The notes under the pieces are model-generated. The model saw nothing but the letters and a program-made list of their open reading frames with translations, searched no databases and had not been told where the DNA came from. Below, piece after piece: positions 55,125 through 64,000 of a stretch of 64,000 nt of DNA. The stretch covers positions 1-64,000 of the forward strand of contig DF237389.1 of the NCBI GenBank assembly GCA_000708835.1, in the 5' to 3' direction. Source of the stretch: Klebsormidium nitens (Eukaryota > Plantae > Klebsormidiophyceae). Each line of letters begins with the position of its first letter. Within the stretch, counting starts at the first letter, position 1. A program made the translations under genes and the position numbers.

Positions 55125-58100
55125 TTAGAACGGTTTTGGTCTCCATAGGTGTAATGATCTATCATAGAAAGAGCATGTTGCAACCAGGCCACAGGGAAAG
55201 GCACCTTCTCGTAACGACTTCCCGCTCGCACTGACCTCTTTCGTCCGCGAGAAACCCTTTCTAGAGACGCCCCCTAAGGCCTCTGAACCTAACGTGCCCG
55301 AATCTGCATGCAGTTGTTTAACCAAGGAGACTAAGCTTCTGTCTCCTCCAACCTCACCGCTTTCCAAGCACTCAGTTTTTGCTTCAGTCGCCGCTTTCAA
55401 TCCAGTACCAATGATCTCCGGCTGGCCGCCCGCCAACCCGGAATGCCCCGCCGCTCTCTCTTCGCAGAGGCTTTCTTCCGCCGGACTTGCCGTAAAAGTC
55501 TCAGACACTTGCCCCTGGCATGTTTCGTCGAAAGCATTGTGGATCTCAGAACAAGACTCCGAGTCGGGCTCGCCCTGAAACTGTGTGAGGGCTCGAGGAT
55601 GGTAGCACCAATCTGCTCCGTATGTCAGCGAACCGTGCGCAACGTACTCCTCTGTAACGGCTACCTCGCCATTGTCAGGGACCTGGTCAGAGAATCCTCC
55701 GTTAGCAAAACTTTTTGCAACTCGACTAAGTGACGTGGGGACCCATCGGATGAGGGATCGTGAAGGTGCTCCATATGAGTCCCATCGTGCACATGTGTGT
55801 GCAGTCGTCTACAAGAGGGTCTACTTCAGATCACTTCTTGACTCACGAAAAGGTCTCTTCACATGAAGCCACATTAAAGAGGAAAGGACACACATCGCCA
55901 AGAACGAGTCTGTTTGGCAATCCGATTCAGCCTTCCTCCGCAAAGGTGAAACATCACATGAAAGTCGTTTCAAACAGACCTATCCAGCACCATATCCGAA
56001 TGGCCCTATCCAACGGTCAGTCAATCTTCACATAAGAAGAGTTGCTTCTTGCTTCCCGAAACTCCAATCAGTCCCAAAAGCATATCGGGCATTTTTGGCG
56101 TCCAGCGAAGAACAAACCGCCAAAACGGTCCGGGCAGCTCGATGCCACTGGCAACATCAAAACTCGGCTTTTTCCCCAGCCAAACGTACTTCTACGCACA
56201 GACACGGCTTGAAAACGTCCAGAGCAAAGACTCGAAGACTCACAGAGAAGATCCGCGCGCCACCGTGCATGCAGGCCCCCAGAAGGAGGCCCACGGCGTG
56301 GGGGTGCCATTTGAGCCGCCACACGCCCCCCCCGACCTGGGCGCCGACGTGCACGCACACCGGGCGGCGCAGGTTCCGGTTGTCCCACACACGAACACGC
56401 TCGTCGTAGCTGCCGCTGACGAACTCGTGCTCCTGAGACAAGCATAGCGGACACAGAAGTCCATTTCAATGTAGTACATTGAGTTTGTCAGGACGCTTCG
56501 TTTTGACATGGAACAGAAAGAGCGACAGACGGCTTTCACGAAGGCGTCTCCAAGTGATCAGGTTAGAAAGGCATGAACCGGTACAGAGCCGATCCTTTGC
56601 CTTTTGCGACCATCACACGCACTAAGTTTTCCCAACCAAGTTTTCGTATTCATTGTCAAACACCTCATCCTCGCAAGTATGAGTCCATCAATGAGGGTCC
56701 AATCGAGACGGACCTTCGAGGGGTTACTTGCGAGCGTGCACACCCCCATGGCGTGCTCTTTCCTGTTGCTGAATGCCGGTGCGCCACAATCTGTACGCAG
56801 GTCCCAGCCTTTCATCGCGCAGTCGTCCGCACCCGAATAGACCAGGTTCGTGTCCCACCGGTCGAATGACGCAACCCAGACCTCGAGATCGTGGGCGGGC
56901 CAAGTTTGGGAGAGTGTGACGCCGGCAGGGGAGAAGGAGAGGGAGGCGATCTGGCCGTCTGACTGGCTCACGACTACCTGGTTGGAACGACGGAGGAGGT
57001 TAGACGCTGGCACACCTGGCTGTTAACTTCTTTTGCGGAAGGCCTTGCAAAACCCGCCCACGAGAATGAACTCCGATTGCCTGGCGGCGTTGGATATGGC
57101 CATTTGGAGGCTTCGCAACCATTGAATGTTTGACTACTACGGTAATGTGCAAGCCAAAGCGGGCTGAGTGAAGTGTGGACTGGCTGACGCTTGAGGCATA
57201 TACTCCTCTTTGGTTGCTCAGACTCGCTTTTTGTTACGCGGCCCAACTGGACGTTGAAGACAGATGCTAAGGAGGAAAGGAGGACAAAGCTCCTTTGAAT
57301 ACACTCCTGACGTCTAACAAGCTATGGCTCGAAGTGGATCGAGAGGCAGCCCCAAGTTCCTTTAATCGATTTGTCTTTCTCGCACATTAAACAGAAAACC
57401 CTGGAAAAGGTGGTGGATCCAGAAGTTGCTTCCAAGCAGGAAACGATGCCTTGAGTGGTTCTATTTCAATCGATCTTCTAAGATCAAGCTTCGAAGAACT
57501 CTATCCGAAAGCTCAGAAGCATCTAAGAGTTTCGGGCTGAAACTTCTGGTTGTGGCAGAAACCGAAGCAATAATTGGCATCTCGGGAGTTCTCTACTCAT
57601 TGGCTTCTTTCTGAATTATATGCAGAGGAGGGGCGCAATCCACCGTCTGATTGTGGCTTTTAGTACCAACAACTATCTTCAACAATTCATGTCTACCTGA
57701 ACCTTTGGTCATTCCTAAGACAAATGGGAGGTCAGACTGTGCCTACAGAACCCCCTCAAAGGCTTGATGCAGCTTCAACAACAGCAAGGTTTATCACTTT
57801 GATCCAAGAAAGGCCCTTACGTGTTCCCCTGTCGTTGGGCGCCAATCCAGCGAGAGGCACATGGCCTCGCCAACTTCACACCTTGAGAGATGCTCCATTG
57901 AAGCTGACTCTGCAGCCCTCAGAGAGTAGAAGGACAGCGACCCGTCTGCGCTGGCTTGCCCCAGGCACGGCGCCGAGTCGAGCAGCTGAGGCGCCCACTT
58001 GAGGTCAAAGATGCCAGCTGTGTCCTGCTCAAGAACGCGGCGCATCCTGGAAGGGCAAGAAGTGCTGTCATCCAAGCCTTCCCATTATCTAATTGATCTT

Positions 58101-58619
58101 CGAATCAATCAAATCCGTGTACTGGTGGTGGTTTCATGTTTGTCCTGATTCTCAGTAAACAGGCACACAGCGCAAGTGTTTCCTAAGTTGGCATGAGGAC
58201 CTCCGAGTTGCAAGATGCGTTTCTCTGGATCATGATAAGGGGTCAACAAAACAGCCGAGTTGCAAGATGCATTTCTCTGGATCATGATAAGGGGTCACCA
58301 AAACAGCAAAAAGTGCGATAAAGCGCTTTCTGTGACAAGCAGAATCGTGTCCCAGTACTGCATTCGCGAGTGCTTGATGTGGGTGGTGCATGAAGCAAAA
58401 GCCCAAAACTACCACCCTCACTCACTTGGGGTCAGTTTGAACACCATCTGCGCTTGTGTCCACATCATAGAGGTACAGCTGGCCCAGCCGCTGCGGGGGA
58501 TCCCCCTCCACCAGGTTGTAAGTGGCTGCCGCCAGAAAGTTTTCAAAGCCCTCGATGGGGCAGAACTCAACAGAGTCAGCATTGCCACCGAGCGTGTGCA
58601 CATCTCTAGTTTGCGCCAT
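55125..58619 (-). CDS. DPH7: Diphthine methyltransferase (WD40, WDR85/Rrt2 family)
   Basis: Exons encode ADSVEFCP...LAAATYNL...RLGQLYLY, TAGIFDLKW, CLSLDW, AHDLEVW...SGADDC..KGWDLR, H.MGVC, FVSGSYDE.VRVWD.R, GGGVWRLKWHP, LLGACMHGG, HGSLTYGADW and VATCSFYDRSLHLW*. Confidence 0.9.
58203..58306. repeat. Near-perfect 52-bp tandem duplication in DPH7 intron 1
   Basis: CCGAGTTGCAAGATGC(G/A)TTTCTCTGGATCATGATAAGGGGTCA(A/C)CAAAACAG x2, two mismatches. Confidence 0.95.
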
Positions 58620-59258
58620 AGAAAGCGGGGCCGCCTTTCAAGCACACACGGTGCAATGCTGTGTGGCCCACGCGCTTGTCAGAGAACATAGAGTCTTGGG
58701 TTTCAGAAAGGAGTGCTGCACCTTCGGGGCATGCAACTCTTTTCAATTGCTTACGGCGCTAAGGCTGACACTCCCAGCTCAATTTGATGTGGCCCATCTC
58801 GAAATTTCCTGCAAAATACCAGCTCGAGCTTGAACCCAATACAGTCACACTGCGAAGGTAATGTCAGAACTGCTGTGGAGGGACTACAAAGGGTGTGCAC
58901 CACCTGTGTCCCTCTGCGATCTGCTTGCGGCTTCGCCTCTGCCTCAGGCTCTAGCCTAATAGGTCCTAGCTGGGTCTGAGCGTAGCGCCCTAGCTGCAAC
59001 TCGGGCCTTGAAGTTGAACAGACTTCACACCGACAGCCTTGGAAGTTGGCAGGCCTCGAGCATGGGTCTCCTGAATTTCAAGGTGGAGGCTGGCCCAGGT
59101 TTGTCGTCGAAACTTTCACAGTTCAAATTGCCCGGAGGGCAAGTCGACGCCGACGCTTTCAATAGATTTGCTGGAGAAGAAAGTCGCGCTGCGAAGCTTT
59201 CTTCGTCCTCTTTCTCACTACGATTGACCAGCAGGATTAGGCTCCCTGCGCCAGCAAG
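58620..59258. promoter_or_regulatory. Bidirectional promoter DPH7/RPL10a with three site II-like motifs and a pyrimidine-rich RPL10a leader
   Basis: GGCCCA at 58665, 58791 and 59092; CTTTCTTCGTCCTCTTTCTC about 40-60 nt before the RPL10a ATG. Confidence 0.5.
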
Positions 59259-62085
59259 ATGAGGTGAGCGGGCCCCCCTCCCTTCTCCCTCTCCTGCCCT
59301 TGCCCGCGTTATTCTACTCCTTAAGGTTATCAATGTGGTGTCAAGAGATTGCTTATGCTTAGCGGTGAAGATGATGGAATGCGGCTGAAGTGCAGACATT
59401 CAGCAAGTCTGTCCACAGGGTCTGCCAAGAAATCTTTGCAAGCTCGCACTTTCGCCTGAGTGCTGATGCACAAGTTGTAGCACAATGGGCTGCTCGTCCA
59501 TGGGCCGTGGCCAGTTTCTTTCGTATGCTTTACCATTACCGGCTGCAAGGAGGGTGCAAACTATTGAAGCATCTGCTTTGGGCTTTCGGGTGGAACGGGA
59601 ATGGATTTGCGGCAAAGAAACATCGGGAGAGCGCTTTCCAGGGACAAAGTGATGATCTGGACATCATTACCAATATAAAAGCATATATCACAGGCGCAGC
59701 TAGGCCGGTGCCATTTGATGGTGAATCTATATCACTTTGAACCTATCTCTATCTGTTTCCTTGTAGCTGATGTCTCTTGCCTACAACGAAGGTTATTGTT
59801 AAATGACAATATTCGTAGGTTCTTACTGCCCATGCTTGAGAGCAGGGCAGTCAGTTTCGTTGTTGTGTTGTGGTGGCGCCTAGGTTTCGTTGATTTACAG
59901 GGTTTCAAACATCGGAGTTCGACACTGTGGTCAGCATCTCCTCTATTACTCGCATTTAATCGAACTCGGTTTGGCAACCCGGCACAACCGCCAAGGAGTG
60001 CTTGGTCCGTGCTGAACAACAAGCCCTTATCACCAGTGCTTCCGAAGTCCCTCTGGCGGGGGCCAAGTTCATTTGGGTGAATCTCCCACTCAGAGCATGT
60101 CCGTCCCCTTGACTTTCTCAAGAGGAATTGGAGTCAGCACTGTAACGCAGGTTGGTTCTGACCACCATCACTTTTTTCCCCTCTTGCAGCAAGCTCCAGA
60201 GCGACGTGTTGCGTGAGGCGATCACCGGCATCAAGAACGATGCCGCTGAGAAGCAGCGCAAGTTCACGGAGACCATTGAGTTGCAGATTGGTCTCAAGAA
60301 CTATGACCCCCAGAAGGACAAGCGGTTCAGCGGCTCCGTGAAGCTGCCCCACATCCCGCGGCCCAAGCTGCGCGTCTGCATGCTCGGTGATGCCCAGCAC
60401 ATTGAGGAGGTGAGGGGCCTGGTTTGCCTCTTTGCTTTAGGCTTACTCTCTTTCAAAAGGTGTTTTTCCTCGGTCAGCTCTGTCTTGGTACGCGTTGTTA
60501 TTGGGCACGGCCAAGCATTCAAAGTTTGCATCCATAATGGTCGCATGTACTCTGTTTGTCCTGGCCACAGAGAGCTTCAAGCACACTCATGAGTTTCAAG
60601 CGGACGTGTCATTGGTCTACTGCCAGGATGATTATCATTACTTTGTTCTCTTGAATGGACTGCATGTGTGTGGAAGATGCTAAGTCAATGTCACATCCTG
60701 TGGAAGTTTCTCAGCCCACTGACATTCGTCTGCCGATGCGCACCCCCATTTTGTTGTTCCATGATGAATCATCCAGTGCGCTGTTCCACAAGTCATACTT
60801 CTTCCTCGGAGCACTTTCCTGACGATGCGCCCCTTCTCTGTGCAGTCCAACGCGATTGGGCTGGACAGCATGAGCGTGGAGGACCTGAAGAAGCTGAACA
60901 AGAACAAGAAGCTCGTCAAGAAGCTGGCCAAGAAGTACCACCAGTTCGTGGCCTCTGAGGCCATCATCAAGCAGATCCCACGTCTCCTTGGGCCCGGTCT
61001 CAACAAGGCCGGAAAGTTCCCCACCCTCGTTACGCACCACGAGAACCTTGAGGGCAAGGTGAGCTGGCTGGGGCAAGTTTTACTGTGTGCTTCGTTTTCA
61101 AGGCCGGTTCTTTTTCGGGCTGAAGGTGGGATTATGAGCGATCTGGGGAGTTGTCTTTTGCAGGGTGAATGTGGATTCCAGCTAGCCTGTCTCGGCACTT
61201 GGCGAATCGTTGCTAACTTCGTTGCTTTCTGTTCGATGCAACTTATTCAATCAACCAGGGAGTCAACATCGACCTGTGTAGAAGGCTGTGCAAGATTGTT
61301 GTATTTGCAGTCAACCCAGATTTGTCTGTATGCTCACGTGACAGTCACCTTCATAGCGACTGCCGTTGACAATCTTTACCAAGGTGGAACTTGAACGACT
61401 TCCTTCTACGTTGCCTGACAAAGTACTTCTCCCTACCCCTTTGCTGACGGCCCTTGTTTTCGATTTCTTGCCCAGGTGAACGAGATCAAGGCGAGCGTCA
61501 AGTTCCAGCTGAAGAAGGTGCTGTGCCTGGGCGTGGCGGTGGGCAACGTGAGCATGGAGGACAAGGAGTGCTTCTCCAACATCCAGCTCAGCGTCAACTT
61601 CCTCATCTCGCTCCTCAAGAAGAACTGGCAGAACGTAAGCCACCCAGGCACCTTCTTGAGGCGTAGTCTGCCCTTTCAAATGGCTGCATCTCACTATTAT
61701 GGCGCTCTTCTGCCAAACTTTGAAGAGGCTTTCAATTGAGTTGACGTGAAGTAGATCGTCTACTTTCAAGCTAGAAGAGGTCTGTTTGTCTGCTTTTGCT
61801 CTGCGACTCGTTGGTCAATCAGAAAACGCGCATTATGCCAAGTCGTTTCGAGGATTGCAAAGCTCGTCAGAGGGTTTACGGGAGTCATAACAATCAGATT
61901 TCGCTGGAAGATTCGATCCCATCCTGCCTCAGATGGAAACCCTTAAAAGTCTGAGGTCAGCAAGCTCTGCGCCACAGAGACAACGAAGCTTCGAGGTTTT
62001 GGTTGCTGACTCGGTCATTGGTTGTATGCAGGTCAAGTCGCTGCACCTCAAGAGCACGATGGGGCGGCCGTACCGCATTTACTAA
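59259..62085 (+). CDS. RPL10A: 60S ribosomal protein L10a (uL1)
   Basis: Exons 59259-59263 (ATGAG|gtgag), 60190-60409, 60846-61058, 61476-61634 and 62032-62085 give 216 aa. Motifs [41 protein letters not shown] and [12 protein letters not shown]. Confidence 0.98.
59641..59776 (+). ncRNA. Candidate intronic box C/D snoRNA in RPL10a intron 1
   Basis: C box GTGATGA (59649-59655), D box CTGA (59767-59770), terminal stem GGGACA/TGTCTC. No rRNA-complementary guide recognised. Confidence 0.3.
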
Positions 62086-63809
62086 GCGCACCTGTGAGCG
62101 AAGCGCCCAGAGGCCCGCCACCTCTGGGCAACCCAACGTTGCAAACGCAACGCCACCAAGGCCCCCCCCAAAAGGGGGTCGATGGAAGCTCACACGGAGC
62201 GCTTGTGTAATCTGCTGGACAAGAAGCCTAATTGAGTTTTCCATCTGGTATTCCGTTCGTCACTGTCCAACCTCGTCATTGTGGCAATCCGGCGTTTGCC
62301 ATGGCATGCTTCTGATGCAAGTTGAGGCGGCAGGGTGCGCATCATTTGAATCATGTGATGGTTGCACTTAGGTTGCGAATTCATTCACGGGCACTCTGCG
62401 CCGGTGGAGCATTGCAAGATACTCAAAGGCGATCTCCTCCAATGGAGGCCACGGGCACCACCATGCCGGCCGGCAGTATATCATATACCGTCGACGCCGG
62501 ATGCACGCGCCCTGATACCCTGATTCAGTGGCCGGACCACCGACCAATGATTTATAGTGTGGCGGCCTAGCCCAGGCTAGGCTGGAGATGCGTGCTGTCA
62601 TTAAATGCAGGGGCTAGGGCTACATGTAAGGCTAGTGCTACATGTAGCCGGCTAGACGGTATAGCCCGCCGGACGTTTCAAATCTCATGCCAGGCGGCTA
62701 GCTGGTCACTATCTACAGTGGCCTTGCATGGCACGCAGTATGGTGCATTATTGTTCCAACGAACATGAGTTGCAATGATCATTAAAGATCGATATCTTTA
62801 AATCTATATGCATGTGTCATTCCGCGATCATTCATAAATAATGATGCTAGCTGGCGACGGTGCTACAGTATTATGACTGTGCATTGCAATTGTGATTGCC
62901 GCGCCGCGGGTACGGTACATAAGTCTGCTCCAAATCACAATCACTTCAGCATGCCTAGGCTACTGAGCGTAGAGCCGCCCCTCCCAAGTTGATGCAAAGA
63001 TAAAAGACATATATGCATAGCCTCCGCATGACGCGTTCAATCATTCGTTGAATCAGAGCCCACTGAACATAATGCATACGCGCGACATGTTGTCGCCGGC
63101 CGAAACTGAGCTTCTTCACAAAGCTCGCTAGGTACTCAGTAAATACATTGTCAATCAATCAAACACAGAGCCGAAAGCTGGGCGCTACTTAGGACCCCAA
63201 GTTCGACGTTCAACATCCTACCAACACAACCTGTTCGACGTTTTGCCAAGCAACATGAAGCGGTCCACGTTGCCGTTGAAATACTTTACAACAGCATCTA
63301 CCAAACATATGGATGATCGACTCGGTTGCAGCAACGAACTGCAGCAACAATTTGAGCGGTAGCTAAAGCAGCCATCAACGGTGATTGCTGTAACAACGTC
63401 GGTCAAAAAGGAACTTAACGCTACAAAAAGCGTGCCATGGCTGTCACCAGTTTCTCTGGCCTGCACACACAGAGCACACGGGCAAGTTGACTCTGATCCG
63501 CCTCTGGAGCATCGCTAGCCGTTTTAGACGTGTCGAAACTACCCTTCACTATTTTCCTCTCGGTCATGCGTCCGAAAAGACTTCACCCTTTCCCTGGTAC
63601 TTTCTGATTCACCCTCCAAAAATCAAGTCGTTGCAGTCAGTGTTTCTGTTGTCGTGGGAACACAGGTTGCCCACAATCCCCAAAGCGTTAACTCGAGAAG
63701 CATGACGAAAAAACTGATTCCCAGCCCATTGTCGAAACGCTGAACTAGGGACTGTAATAACCAAGAAGTGAACCACAAAGACTAAGCCAAGATGCTTGAC
63801 TATCCCTCC

Positions 63810-63850
63810 AACCCTAAAGCCCTATGTTTGGCTTTGAATTTTATAACGCG
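63810..63850 (+). promoter_or_regulatory. Telo-box-like AACCCTAAA and TATA-like TTATAA, possibly the promoter of a gene beyond the window
   Basis: AACCCTAAA at 63810-63818 followed by TTTTATAA; no downstream CDS visible within the window. Confidence 0.25.
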
Positions 63851-64000
63851 GCCCCACATCTGTAATCCCGACACATAATGAGTGTCATCGAACCAGTCAA
63901 CGTATTTTTCCTTTTCTTTCTCGGCTTCCGCCCAAAAAGAGAATGAAGCTCACCAGTCGTCTTGCGGCTGGTGCGCCGCCCCGTCTAGATACTGCACCTC

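Noticed and set aside
62955-63705. Short ORFs at the window end
   Set aside because: No recognisable family, splice pattern or codon bias.

Overview
Eukaryotic nuclear DNA from a photosynthetic organism. GC-rich exons, GT-AG introns of roughly 0.2-2.8 kb and land-plant-type gene families point to a streptophyte alga such as Klebsormidium (inference). I reconstructed seven spliced genes by hand. In order: an alpha/beta-hydrolase (-), a stromal chloroplast Hsp70 (-, 14 exons, 708 aa), a stand-alone VLRF1 (Vms1/ANKZF1-type) release-factor-domain protein with a plastid-like presequence (+, head-to-head with the Hsp70), an AcnA/IRP-type aconitase (-), a large glycine-rich membrane protein of the At4g32920/At5g11700 family (-), diphthine methyltransferase DPH7 (-) and ribosomal protein L10a/uL1 (+, head-to-head with DPH7). 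Two non-autonomous TIR elements are present (51215-51523 and 39480-39953). Three observations stand out. (1) At least ten introns carry tandem, decaying copies of the neighbouring exon-intron junction, often with the splice site intact. (2) The VLRF1 protein looks bacterial-type, may be plastid-targeted, and shares a promoter containing a heat-shock-element-like motif with the plastid Hsp70. (3) Palindrome-dense spacers lie downstream of gene 3' ends. No CRISPR array, rRNA or tRNA gene could be supported. All homology calls are from recalled family motifs; no database search was run.
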